Program-made: the position numbers and the translations under genes | Part shown: positions 50,901-64,000 of the stretch, piece by piece | Layout: every line of letters begins with the position of its first letter | How positions within the stretch are numbered: position 1 is the first letter of the stretch | Notes under the pieces: model-generated | Told to the model about the DNA's origin: nothing | What the model saw: the letters and a program-made list of their open reading frames with translations, nothing else | Database searches by the model: none | From: Takakia lepidozioides | Taxonomy: Eukaryota; Plantae; Bryophyta | Assembly (NCBI GenBank): GCA_030704615.1 | Contig: CM060733.1 | Location: 38,750,001 to 38,814,000 of the forward strand | DNA: 64,000 bases | Direction: 5' to 3'

Positions 50901-51860
50901 CTTGCCTCCACAACAAAAATGCATAGACTCCTCATTTCAAGTAGCTGACTATGGCAACCCATTTAGCAAGCACCCCACCCCTACTGACCAAACACTAGAT
51001 CCTATGCTGAAATTTGGTGGCAAGACTGAAGAAAAGTGTGTAAGAGGGGAAGACAGAATTTCCCTGCAGGACTAATCCCTTCTGGATACTCCTCTTTTCA
51101 GAATCGGTGGTGGGGGGTCAAGCCACCAGGACATAGGAAATTGTGAACGAGGGGGAGACAGAGAATGTCCTTGCAGGACTAATCTCTTCTGTATGTGGGG
51201 TTTCAACCCACCAGGACATAGAAAAGTAGGCAAAGATCGTCACACTGCTCACACCCAACTGAACAATCTGACAACAAAGGATTCAGTGTTAATTTCAATC
51301 CAGCATTCATCCACAGGGATTAAGTCCACAGGAGGAGAGAGAGAAAATAAAGGAAGACCAAGGTGTGTGTGTGAGAGAGGGAGCAGAGAGACAGACAGCA
51401 GAGAGACAGACTCGCTCGCTAGTAATTTGTAACAAAGTTTTTCAAAACTTCCAGTTGTCTGGCTGTAAAATAACAACCATTCACCTTATTACCTCGAGAA
51501 TCCCATCGATGACTGGGGTCTGTAAAATATTTGTTCCGAAGCTTCTGTAACTTGGCATTTTGGATATTTCCTCTTCTGGCCTCCTTGCTCTTCTCCTCCT
51601 CCGTAAGCTGAGTCCTCCTCTACTGGTGTCCACGGCCCCGCAATTGACCTGAAACTGTTTATACCAGATCCCAATGGAATGCGGTTCGGAGACTGCAAAG
51701 GGGTCCCAAACACAGTGTACACTCCACACCTTCCTGAAGCTCTCAGCACAGGGTCAGGCTCGCAAGGGTAGGCTGGGAGAGGATTGTGAGAGCAGGCCGA
51801 GAGTCCTCCAGAACTTGTGCAGGAGGCCACCGGTGGTATGCTTACTGTATGCGCTGCCAT
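47944..51860 (-). CDS. PLS-class PPR protein with E-DYW (PG-type) deaminase domain and one N-terminal PDF motif; exon 1 (51860-51485) frameshifted, exon 2 50862-47944
   Basis: P-L-S triplets, PG box KEPGRSCIE, HSE and CGDC zinc motifs, ends GYW. Exon 1 lacks ~8 bp relative to the paralog at ~51545. Confidence 0.92.
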
Positions 51861-53802
51861 GGCTGCTCCTTCAAGCAAAACAAAATCATAGCGATGGAAC
51901 CAAATTGCTCACACTGCACACCTCTCTCCTCATTCTCACTCTCAACTACGCCTATATCTCGTCTCTCCTGTGCACCTGCGAGCTTCTATGCACCCACATA
52001 CAATAGTCACTAGTTGCACTGCTTTGGATAACCAATTCACACCAAATGCGCTTCCATTCTTCGACGCTCATGAGACTTGGAGGCATGGATTCCCCACCGC
52101 ATTTTACTGTTTTTCTACGAATAACACCAAATTGCTTGCACTAACTTCTTGACTACTTGTTGTCATTATTTACAAACTGACATGAGGCAACTGCACAAAA
52201 GTTCCCAAAAGAAGGAGGCTTTAGGAAAGTAAGTTAATAGAAAAGTCAGTATAGTAAGCTAATGAAACCGAAATGGGTGTGGCATTGGGAATAGCTGAAA
52301 GTTGAGATGAAAGCATGCCAGCCACACTAGCCCCATGCAAAATGGACATTGCTTGTGCCCTCTGCTTTACATAAACCCATTGTCCTCTAAAAAGGAGGTT
52401 GGGTAGCACATTAGCATGGTGGGAGCAGCTAGAGGAATATTCAGAGATTCTTTAAAGATTCTCAAAACATGCTTCAGTTAAACAAAATCACGAGATTGTG
52501 AAACTATTAGAGAAAGAGAAATATTAACAAAAAAAACTACTAAAAAATCTGCTTATGTGATAATACACAGCCACAATTGATTCTGAGAATATGCTCTCTT
52601 GTGAAACTGGCTGTAGGATTTTTGTTTTTTTTTTCCGGTTTACATTTTGGTTTTATGTGGCCAATGAAACTCTCCAAACTCAAAATACATAACATCAGGG
52701 AGAGTTTTGTCAGCCAAGACAGGCCAGCTTGGAGCAGACCAAAATATTGTTTAGAATATTGTGAGAATATTCTATATTGAAAGGAAATCCGCTCATGCCA
52801 CCAAAATTGCCAAAAACCACCAGTTGGTTAGCTCAGTTAGATATAGCCACCCAGGTGATTCTGTGTTCAAATCCTGCGGCATGGTCCGGTTCCCCCTTCC
52901 CTTGGGTGGTGTCACCTGAGCCTTGTGCTCGAGCTTACTATGAAAGAGGTTATTTTCTTCTCTCACTATAATTAAGGGGCCTGATTTGTGAGCGGTCACT
53001 CCCGGGAATTTCCATTTGAAAAAACAAAATACAAAACAAAAGCCAAATTTGTGCTCACGTGAACACAATAAGTTTCTCTAGCGAAACTATCTTTTTTTCG
53101 GTGTTTTTATTTTTCCCGCCATGAAACCCTCCTAAACTTGACATATCTAATGAGTCCTATCATATCCTATCATATCAATAGCTTTCAGCAGTCCTGGGCC
53201 AAAAATGGCACTCTCGGAACCTGTCTTCCCAACATGCGGTACTGCTGGAAAGTCGCCATTCCCAATTCTTGGGATATCTCCTGGTGATGGGGACGATGCG
53301 GACTTCAACTGGAGGCATAAGAAGCCTCGTGTTGCTAAGTTTAGGACCCAGCTTCGTTTTTAGCATGTAGCTCGTGTCTCTCTTTTCAGTCTTCTCCCTG
53401 CTCCTTGCCTTGGATATCACAATTGACCCACTGGAGCTTTTCTACTTGTTATCATCTTCCCTGCTGCTTACCAGCATTTCCACTGTGTTCTCCTCATGCA
53501 CTTGCTCCCTGGTGGTTATTTTTTCCACCTTGAACCTTTATTCCATTTAATTTGATTAAAAGGGCCTCTGTGAAGTGAAGCGACAGCGTCTCGCACAACA
53601 CCACCAGACGCAGTAGGCCTACCAAGACAAAGCTCACGCATTTTTGTCCTCCTCTCCAACAGCTGACGCTAAAACTCGTTATTAAAACTGACTAACTAAT
53701 TGTCAGTAGCACTAACTAATAATCTCGTTCAATTTCACCACCATGGCTCCTGTATGAGTGGAGTCGGGTTTCGGCGTGAGTAAACTTTTGAGTAGAGCAG
53801 CC

Positions 53803-56800
53803 ATGGCTCCACCCACACTACTCCCGCATTCTTCATCAGGCGTCTCGGGGTGCCCTTCCAAGCCTTCCCCAGTCTGCCCTGCTTGCAAACCTGACTCTGT
53901 GCTGAGAGGTTCAAGAAATTGTGGGCGATATACTCTGTGCAGCCATTCTCCGAACCGCACCCCATCTAGATTTGCTTCAAACAGTTGCATGTCACTTATT
54001 GCGCACTGGAAAGCGGTAGAGGAGGAAGCAGTGCATGGAGGTGGGGACGAGCAAGGAGGCCAGAAACGACAATATCCAGAATGCCACAATACAGAGGTGG
54101 AGAAGCTCTGGAATGAATATTTTGCAGACCCGAGTCAATGGTACGACAATCGAGGTAATAAGGTGAATGCCTGCTATTTTACAGCAGAATCAAAGAACAA
54201 GTGCTTTGAAAAACTTTCTCTCGAATGAATGGTAATAATGGCCTCAACCACATTCAAATTTGTCACATTGGTTGGAGCACTGCTGGATCAACCTCAAGTT
54301 TTCTGGGATGAGGGAAATGCTAGCGTAGTGATCAAAACTCAATTCCGTTGAAGGTGGCCTTGGTATGGAACTTCCAGGCTGTCTCGTATTTCATCATCAC
54401 GAAAGTTTTTTGTGAAGCCATTTACTTCCCTTCTTGATCCCACCTTCCAGTTCCACAGAATAAGATTGCATGAAAACTTAACATGTACAGAAACTTGGAA
54501 GATAGCTCAAAAACCCTGGTCGGTCTCAAAGGAAGATAATCATACTGGGACTAGGCCTTTTAGGTGGCATGTGGCAAATCTGTATTGCTCACCTGGGGCA
54601 AAGCTTGTTTGTGAAGGAAAATGGCATGGCAACCACAGCCAGAACAGTTATCTAAGGTGGAGGGCTAATGTAGCCGTGCTCATGTGAACACCATGCTTTC
54701 TACAATAGTATTATCAGATTGTTTAGTTGACTGTGCATGGGTATATGAATATTTTAAGCTATTTTTCAATGCCACAGTCGTTAAAACCCCACAACAGATT
54801 TAGGATCCAGTGGGGATTAGTGCTGGAAGAATACACCGGAGCCATTGCTGGGGAGGACCTTCTCTCTCTCTCCCTCTCACACACTTTTGTTTGTCTTGGC
54901 ACCAATTCAGCATGGGAACTGTATTTGGTAAGTTAAGGAGGGGTGTCCCCTGCATAGGTTTTATTAGTGTTAGCTACTTGCACTGAGGGGAATCTAGGCA
55001 TTTTCATTATAGACGGAATAACTAAAGAAGGCAGGGATGGGGTGTGGGTGCAGATCCATCCTGGAGGACCAGATTTCAAGCACAACAGCACCAACGAGGC
55101 ACCGTGGATGGATGGCTACAAGAAACCTGCATGGGTAGAGGGTGAATTGGAAATGTTGGATGCAGCTGAAGGTAAGTATTGTGAAAGTTTCAGGATTTGG
55201 TGACAGTGCCTTCCTTCTTCTTTGCTATCTTAGGCTTGCTTCCTTGTCCATCACATCGACCAAAGTGACAACTGTGGGTTCACCTCTTTTTTGGGCCTTG
55301 TTTTCTTCACCAGTTCCGAAGGGGTTTGCTTAAACCACACGAACATCTCTTTTTCACAGTGGGCTTTGTAAGTTAAGTCTGGGTGGATCTCTTGTGGTCT
55401 GAGTGTTTTGACATGTTACAACTTCTGGAGTTGCAGGCAAATTTCTGAATAGCAAAATTAGGGATGAGGGGAATCCTTGGAAGGAAAATTTGTCAGACCC
55501 CAGTCAATGGTGGGACAATCAAGGCAAAAAGGTGAATGCCTCTGTTCTATTACAGCGGAAGCAAACAACAGGCATTGAAAAATTTGTCTCAAATTGTCAT
55601 CTCCCTCTCCCTCACCCGCATTTTTCTAGTCTTACCAGCAATTCAGCATGGGAGCTACTTTTTGGTAGGTGGTGATGGTGTTAGCTGTGGGGATAATGGG
55701 TAATCGTCGTTAGCCACTTGCAACGAGGGGCAGATTCTAGGCATTTGACAGCTGAAGGAGCCTGGATGCAGATCCGTTTTGAAGGACCAGATTTCAAGCA
55801 CAAGAGAACCACCGAGTCACTGTGTATTGGTAGTTACAAGAAACCTCCAGGGGTAGATCCTCAACTGGAGGAAGGGGTCACACAGTTGTTTGAATCAGGA
55901 ACTTCCACTGTGATGAATCCATTTGACAGAGGACCAAGAGAGGGAGTCCACAAGCAATGTTCTGGCACATGCAGGAATGTGAGGAAACTACGTAAGGTAG
56001 GACAACTGAAAGATGCATTGCACATCTTGATTGAAGGGGGCATGTCAGCAGACGCCAATACTTATGTTTGTCTCTTGCGGGAGTGCATCAATATGAAAGG
56101 TCTAGCAGAGGGAAAGCAGGTGCACACCCACATTATCCAAAGTGGATTCAAGCCAAACATTTTTCTACTCAATACCCTTGTCAACATGTATGCCAAGTGC
56201 GGGAGCATTGAAGACGCACGTAAAGTGTTTGATGTAATGGGTGAACGAAACATATATACGTGGAACATAATGGTGGCAGGATATGCCAAGCATGGGTGTG
56301 GTAAGGAGTCTTTGGAGATCTATGAGCAAATGATACGGGAAGGAGTGACACCCAATGAAGTCACATTCGTTTGCCTCCTCAAGGCTTGTGCCAGCCTGGG
56401 AGCCCTAGAGAAAGGTAAAGATGTCCATGCTGACATCATGAAAGCCAGAATCGTGCCAGATTTCATTCTGGGCACTGCCCTGGTCGACATGTATGCAAAA
56501 TGTGGGAGCATAACAGATGCACGCCAAGTATTTGATAATATGACCCAACTAGATGTGGTCTCTTGGAATGCAATGGCCACCGGATATGCCCAGCATGGGT
56601 GTGGTGTGGAAGCTTTGGAGATCTATGAGAAAATGATTCTGGAAGGGGTGACACCTAACCATGTGACATTCATATGCATTGTCAATGCATGTGCCAGCCT
56701 TGCAGACATGGACAAAGGCAAAGAGGTCCATGCTGACCTTGTGAAATCTGGAATTGTGCCGGATATCATTCTTGGGACTGCTCTGGTTGACATGTATGCC

Positions 56801-58993
56801 AAATGCGGAAGCATAATTGATGCACGTCAAGTATTTGACAGTATGACTCAACGGCATATTGTCTCATGGAATGCAATGATCACTGGATATGCCCAGCATG
56901 GATGCGGCAGGGAGGCTTTGGAAACCTATGAGCAAATGATACTGGAAGGGCTGACACCCGACGAGGTCACATTCAGCTGCGTTGTCAATGCATGTGCCAG
57001 CCTGGTAGCACTGGAGAAGGGCAAAGAGGTTCATGCTGACATTATTAAAGCTGGAATTGTGCCAAATATCAAGCTGGACAATGCCCTGGTCACCATGTAT
57101 GCCAAATGTGGGAGCATAAATGATGCGCGTCGAGTGTTTGACAATATGGCTGAACGAACTGTGGTATCATGGAGTGCAATGATCGCAGGATACGCACAGC
57201 ATGGATATGGTAGGGAGGCTTTGGAAACCTATGACCAAATGATGCGGAAAGCAGTGAAGCCTGACCAGGTCACGTTTGTTTGCGTTCTCAGGGCATGTGC
57301 CAGCCTGGCAGCCCTGGAGAAGGGCAAAGAGGTCCATGCTGACATAATGAAAAGTGGAATTGTGCCAAATGTCATTCTGGACAATGCCCTCGTCACCATG
57401 TATGCCAAATGTGGGTGCATAAATGTTGCCCGGCAAGTGTTTGATACTATGGCTCAACAAGATGTGGTATCATGGAATGCCATGATCGCAGGATATGCCC
57501 AGCATGGGTACAGTAGAGAGGCTTTGGAGACCTATGAGCAAATGATATGGGAAGGGGTGACACCAGACCAGGTCACATTTGTTTGCATTGTCAATGCTTG
57601 TGCCAGCCTGGGGGCCCTCGAGAAGGGCAAAGATGTTCATGCTGACATTATGAAAACTGACACAGTGCCAAATGTCATTCTGCATACTGCCCTGGTCGAC
57701 ATGTACGCCAAATGCGGAAGCATAAATGATGCGCGTCAAGTGTTTGACAGTATGGCTCAACAAGATGTGGTTTCATGGAATGCAATGATCACAGGATATG
57801 CTCAGCATGGGTGTGGTACAGAGGCTGTGGAGACTTATGAGCAGATGATACGGGAAGGGGTGACACCTGACCAGGTTACATTCCTTTGTGTTCTCAATGC
57901 ATGTGCCAGCTTTGCGGCTCTGGAGAAGGGCAAAGAGGTCCATGCCCACCTCATGAAAGATGGAATTGTGGCAGATATCATTCTGGAGAATACTCTGGTC
58001 GACATGTATGCCAAATGTGGGAACATAAGGGATGCGCGGCAAGTATTCGACAATATGGCTCAACGAAATGTGGTCTCATGGAACGCGATGATTGGAGGAT
58101 ATGCCCAGCATGGATCTGCTAGGGAAGCCCTGGGTTTGTTCGCACAAATGCAACAGGAAGGGTTGAAGCCAGATGGTATCACATTTATATGTGTTCTCTC
58201 TGCATGTAGCCATGTGGGGCTAGTGGATGAAGGGAGACACTACTGGGATTCCTTGTGTCGAGATCATGGCTTCAGTCCTACAGGGGAGCATTTTGGCTGC
58301 ATGGTGGACCTGCTTGGCCGTGCAGGGCACTTGGATGAGGCAGAGGACTTCATCAACAAAATGCCAACGGAACCAGATGTTTTGGTGTGGAAGGCCTTGC
58401 TTGGTGCCTGCAGAATTCATGGCAATGTGAAGGTGGCAGAACGAGCAGCAAAAAGCATATTTAAGTGGGATCGACAGGATGCAGCCACTTATGTGCTGCT
58501 GTCGAACATCTATGCTGCAGCTGGTAGGTGGGATGATACTGCAAAGGTGAGGAAAATGATGAAGGAGGAAGGTGTCAGAAAAGAGCCAGGTCGCAGCTGC
58601 ATTGAGGTTGACAACAGGGTGCATACTTTCGTTGTGGATGACAAGTTGCATCCACGAATTGAGGACATTCATATTGAGCTGAAAAAACTATCTGGGCAAA
58701 TGAAGGAGTCAGGTTATGTGCCTGACACGCGCTTTGTATTGCTTGATGTGAAAGAGGAGCAAAAGGAATCTTCTCTTTGCCACCACAGTGAGAAGCTGGC
58801 CATTGCGTATGGGCTGATCAGTACATCCCCCGGGACGCCTCTGTTTGTTATCAATAACCTTCGTGTGTGTGGTGACTGCCACGCAGCTGCCAAGTTCATA
58901 TCAAAGATTGTCAGGCGAGCAATTGTTGTGCGGGATGCCAACCGTTTTCACCACTTCCAAGATGGGGTATGCTCTTGTGGGGGTTACTGGTGA
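53803..58993 (+). CDS. PLS-class PPR-E-DYW (PG-type) RNA-editing factor with two N-terminal OSB-type PDF motifs; exons 53803-54162, 55054-55171, 55437-55531, 55772-58993
   Basis: Transit-peptide-like N-terminus; LWNEYFADPSQWYDNRGNK|IHPGGPDFKH..W; WWDNQGKK|IRFEGPDFKHK; PLS triplets; HSE, CGDC, GYW end. All introns are GT-AG and in phase. Confidence 0.95.
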
Positions 58994-60754
58994 TACAAAC
59001 ATGCATGAAACTTCTTTGGCTGAAATATGAGGGTCAAGGGTCATGATTTGTGGTTATTTCTATAGATAAATAGTGAAGTCGGAAGAATGATTATGTTGTT
59101 TAATGTGAGAGTTTGTACTACTCTTTTTGTGAGGACAATTGAATTATGTTCTGAAAAGCAGCAGGGAAGATGTGAAGACCCATTACACACGAGCTGCCAG
59201 ACAGGTTTTGCAAAAAGAGTAGGCATGAGGATCTAACTTTCAGCTTCCTTACATAGGAATGGACTGACAAGAATGGCCCCAGTTAGGCTCCGGACCCACC
59301 TAGGTTTCTAGATTGAAACCCCCAACTTAAAAGAAATCTTCCTACCTTAGAATGCAGACAAGGGGGCTTAGCATTAGTTCAAAAATCAAACATTTAAGAA
59401 TCTCCCCTCAACTCTAGGGGTTCAGGTATGATTAGCTTGATTTCTAATCACAGGCATTTTGGGAATACGGGAAGAGAGGCCGGGGAAGTAGTTGCTTCTA
59501 CTACGTTCTGTGTTCCACCTCCCCTTGTATTGCTTGGCTTTCAGGTTCTCACAACAATCCGACTTGGGAACAGCGGAACTACCTTGAACTCACTAGTCGG
59601 ACCAATTAGATTCCACGGAAGACATGTGGTGCATGTCCTGGGTGGGCGGCTGGGCAGTGCCCCTAATTGCATATTTGGGTATGGTAAGAGGGGAGCCACT
59701 TACAATTACGTGTAGGTGAAGGGCAGCTGATTAGGCCCTTCTACCATATAAGAACGCAGGCTCGAATACAGCAAAAGGGCCTCATATGCTGCCCCTTCAC
59801 CGGCGCAATAAACCAACCTGCCCCTTCTGCCCCCCCCAAATCGTCACCTCAGGAATTTCGTAAGGCCCTAGATGTCTCAGGCCTGGCGTAAGGGAGGACG
59901 GTCCTCCTTTAGGAGTTTCTCGCACCCAAAAACACAGGAAAATAATTAAAATTAAGAAAATTAAGAAAAATACCTCCCATGTAGGGAATCCTGAGGGGAA
60001 TCCAAAGGTACCCTTAGCACCTCCAAGGGAACTCGGGAAGCCCGAGAAACGTTTCCTGCCGCGGGGAACAGCCACGGCCCTGCCGGATGAATGAAAATCG
60101 TTGGATATCACCCCTGCCACTCATCCGTTAGTGCAAAACGTGCATGCCTCGATTATAAAATAGTCTCATGGTGGGTCCAAGCATGATTTCACCCCCACTT
60201 ATATTTCCTCCCTTGGAAAAGGTCATCCCCTACCTCTGGCTGTGACACCATTGGTCACTATAGCCTAAATTTTAGGATAGAGTTTTTGTGCTCACCACAA
60301 GTCTCGGGTTCCACCTCCGGATCTATAGACTCTCTGAGCTGCCGCCCTCTTGGTTCAGACGGAAGCTCTCCCCAAGAGCTTCGTCCTCCCGCAAATCTAG
60401 AATTTTTCTACCCTGGGAACCCCCCAAGGGCCCCTAACCCCTAATAGGGGTATAACTTAAATGGAATACCTGAAGGTAAGAAAGACCCCCTTAAAACTTG
60501 TCTCTGCTGTGTTTTGAGGAGGTGGATTGTGAATAGTGAGTGTGTACAGCTGGTTTGGAAACAGATCTAGATGTCTCCAAGCTGAATCCGGACCACAGCT
60601 TCGGGATAGAATATTCACAAAAATTCAAGCATGTTCAATAATATTTTACATCAAATTTATATGAAAACAATTATATATTTATACTATATTAGATTAAAAT
60701 AAATCTTTTAAAGTAATCGGTAGTTTGATTCCAATGTATGCAATGTTCTATGGT

Positions 60755-63179
60755 CTATATGATATTTTTTTTACTCGACACCATCTGTGTTGAATCCGTC
60801 GTGAACTCCCCATTAGCAATATTTTTCTTGAAAGTGTTGATCACATTCGGACGCATAGTACTGTGCTCCTCCACTTTGTACTTGTACATATGGGCATTAA
60901 TAACAAAACCAATGAAGTTGAGTACACTAATTCCAGCCAAAAGCCAAAAGTAGTATTCCAAGTGGCTTTGATTTATCATATTGGAGATCCAAGCATTCTT
61001 TGGATTATGTTTTCCTATGTACTTCTTGATAACTGACACCATGAAACTCCCCAAGTATGAACCCAATGCTAAGGTGGCTGCATTGAAGGCGCTGCCTAAG
61101 CTCCGCATGCCGTCAGGTGCTTGGTCATAGAAAAACTCAAGCTGCCCAATGGATGCAAAAACCTCCGCAACTCCAATTAAGCCAAATTGTATGGAAAGCC
61201 ACCATGCAGACATAGGGACTATTCCTGTAGGATTGTTCTCATCATTGTTATCCCATGCCAGCTGCAAAAGAAAACTCCCAAAATCCATTAATCAATGGAT
61301 TACACAATGTTCAATCAAATAGAAAAAGGGTTGCACACTTCTCCAAGTTTATCTTTTTTACAGGGTAGAAGTATTTTACTGTATAAAGGGTCTATACTAT
61401 ATTTTTATATTCTCAATGTAAAACATCCAATGCAATTAGGGAATGACATCCATCATTAATTTGATACATCAAGGCAAATTACTTGCAGTTGCACATTGAG
61501 ATGTTTCAATCCACTGAAGTTGTATTCTACAAGAAAGTTCACTCTTACCTGCCGACGCTTTCTTTCCACCAATGCGGCAACCACTACTGCAAAGATAGAG
61601 ATAAGAAGACCCACACCGATCCTTTGAAGAAATGTAATACCATGAGCAAGTCCAGTGAACCGTCGTATCCATGGCACTAATACTCGATCATATAATGGCA
61701 AGAACATCAGTATACCAAGTACAGAAGCCACCCCTATAAATGCTGCTGGAACTGTGATATGCCCCAACTTCCGTGTCATAGTGGTAGCTTGTTGTCCCGC
61801 AAAGTTTGCCATTTGCGTAAGGACAGTGTTAATGAAGATGCAACTGGCCCATATAGGTATCATACGCACCATAACTTTCAACTCCTCGACCTATACAACA
61901 AATATAGCATCATTACACAAAAGCATACGCAATTACAAGTGTTCATATACTAGTGGATGTATATTCTGCAAAGTACTTCAAATATCGTTTGTCATTTTCA
62001 TTCAAGCTCATCGTAAATCGTCATTGTAGTTCACCTTACTGAATAGGTCAATATTCAACACAACTCATGTAGATTGAATCCAAGTCTATATATTAGTTAG
62101 ATGGTTACATATAGCTCACTGTTAGAGTGTTCTCCATATTCATGCCAGCAATTACTGCATTGGATTCAATTTCTAGAAAATGACTGGAGACGCGGGACAA
62201 ATTAATGTCTTTATCTCGAGAAAAACATGCGACAAAATTGACATAGCTTCCATCGACCATCTACACCATTTTCAAAAGGTCGGGACTCAATATTCCATCT
62301 GTGCACATCCATTTAAATTAGTCAAAGAGCAATATAATACCTGAGTGACTGTGCATAGCTTCCAATGATTCACTGCAATGCGATTATCTGAATTACACAC
62401 TTTATCATTGGCTATCTCCACAGCTGCTTTGTCCAAAAAGCTGCAAGAAATTGGTGACAAATCAATTGTCGTTCTTTGTATTCTAGCATTTAGTCAACAT
62501 CGAACGTACAGTTTAAATTAGTAGAACTCTCATTAATGATAATGGTTTTATGTTCTTAAGATTGAAAATTTATTCACTCGATGGTTTGTTTGGGAATGCC
62601 TTACCCAAAAAATTTAGTGTGGCTAAGCTTGCGGCTACCAACAATTGCAGACTCTTTGTCATACACTTCATAAAGGAATTTTGCATCACATGGTAACTCG
62701 ACTCTGCGCTTCCTGATTGCCGCAACAATCACTTGGATTACACGAGTCAAAGGACTGCCGCTTGGTAGTTTATGTCTGTAAAAAGGGATACCGAGGTAGA
62801 AGATTATGTTGGACAAACCCATAGATAGTGTCAGAATTCCATAAGCTAATCCCCAACTCTTATCGGAAATCCACACCACCAGTGTCAGTGATAAGAATGA
62901 ACCAATGGTGATCATGAAGTAGAAAGCATTGAAGAAATGTCCAAGCTGACGCTTCTCTTTGGGATCCTCTGTGTTGAACTGATCAGCCCCGAATGATGAG
63001 ATACATGGTCGGATCCCTCCAGTCCCCAATGCTATAGTATACAATGCTAAATACAAAAAGGACATTTGAGACTTCGTTGCAATGTCACACATGCCAAGGT
63101 ACCGCTTCAAGTCATTACAACCAACATCTGAGGGCCTCATATTTGGCAACGCGGCGGAGATAGTCAAAAGGGTGAGACC
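60755..63179 (-). CDS. NPF: NRT1/PTR family (NPF) nitrate/peptide transporter, 3' exons (63179-62605, 62440-62341, 61890-61549, 61261-60755); 5' exons outside window
   Basis: LYTIALGTGGIRPCISSFGADQF, PSGSPLTRVIQV, FLDKAA, WKLCTVTQ|VEELK, LQRIGVGL, GQLEFFYDQAPDGMRS. Confidence 0.96.
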
Positions 63180-64000
63180 CTACAACAATATGAATTAATC
63201 TATGAGCCTTTTCCAAATAAAACTTGCAACATCTTTGTCAGAGCATATAGAACCACATTGTATATTTCAATATTGTCTAAGCAACAATGAAACAGATAAC
63301 ATAATTGAGCTATAAGTCAATGTCGAACACTAGGGTCTACCCTCTCAAACGGCAGGATCGTTTTAGCAAACCAATTAAAAAGAGAATCTACAAAAATAAC
63401 TTTGCATTAATCTTTTAATATTTGTAGATTTCACAAGTTGAGAAATTTCAGGTACATAATCGCAAGATTTTTTTTTCATTTCCTATTTTTTTTAAATGAT
63501 ATTCTTGGCCCCCAACCTTTTTTGTCTCATCTTGAATTCTGATGAAACCTGTACCAATTTGTAGGGCACTGTAGGATGCCAAAATTCGTGTTGCTTTTTG
63601 GTTGGATATAAAAGTCATTTGGGTCCCTCGACCATGAGGTCCGGGATAAAAAAGAAAATTAGAACGTCTAGAGGTAGCTCAAAGAGCTTATGGGACCGAT
63701 GAAACAAAAAAATAGCTAATATGAGTATAAGAAACTTAGTGAGACCCCCAACAACCAATCACCATAACTTTTGTAATTCAACTTTAAGCAATTATCTAAG
63801 GTGGAGAGATGAGATGGGGAAAAGAAAAGAAAAGAAAACCAAATGGTTTTTGTATATTGAGCACACAGAAAAGTTGTAACTTCATAGGTCTTAAGAAGCT
63901 TGGTAAATTAGGATGAGAAAGAGCTCTCGACCATCCATGCTAATTTTGGTGACAAATTCCTCCACTACCTTCTTAAAGAGGTGTGCCCTCTATGAGCTAC

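Noticed and set aside
48473-58941. Many antisense ORFs over the PPR genes
   Set aside because: Shadow frames of repetitive PPR coding sequence.
59260-60620. GC-richer block, possible repeat remnant between PPR and NPF genes
   Set aside because: No terminal repeats, TSD or recognisable coding motif found.

Overview
Eukaryotic, intron-containing plant DNA, most likely from a non-seed land plant (inferred from highly uniform PLS-DYW PPR genes and a Naiad/Chlamys-type Penelope-like RT). Bases 1-44391 are a nest of transposable elements. A 500-N gap (44392-44891) follows, then host genes: cyclin B 3' exons, two head-to-head PPR-DYW editing-factor paralogs carrying N-terminal OSB-type PDF motifs, and an NPF/PTR transporter. 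The main finding is a complete 13.6-kb Mutator-like element (11688-25297, imperfect TIRs, 9-bp TSD CAATAACGA). It encodes a GCM-like/DDE/SWIM transposase and, divergently, an 8-exon gene fusing a ParB/Srx-like domain (WDGNHR) to a beta-class N6A/N4C DNA-methyltransferase-like domain with a non-canonical motif IV (DIPD). Its non-coding DNA carries arrays, spaced about 63 bp apart, of the 20-bp palindrome GAATTTCGGCGCCGAAATTC. Three more diverged, decayed copies of the ParB-MTase gene lie in the window. Two carry their own variant palindrome arrays in the same intron, which suggests protein-site co-evolution (a parS-like or VANC-like self-recognition system). All domain calls come from motifs read by eye, without database searches.
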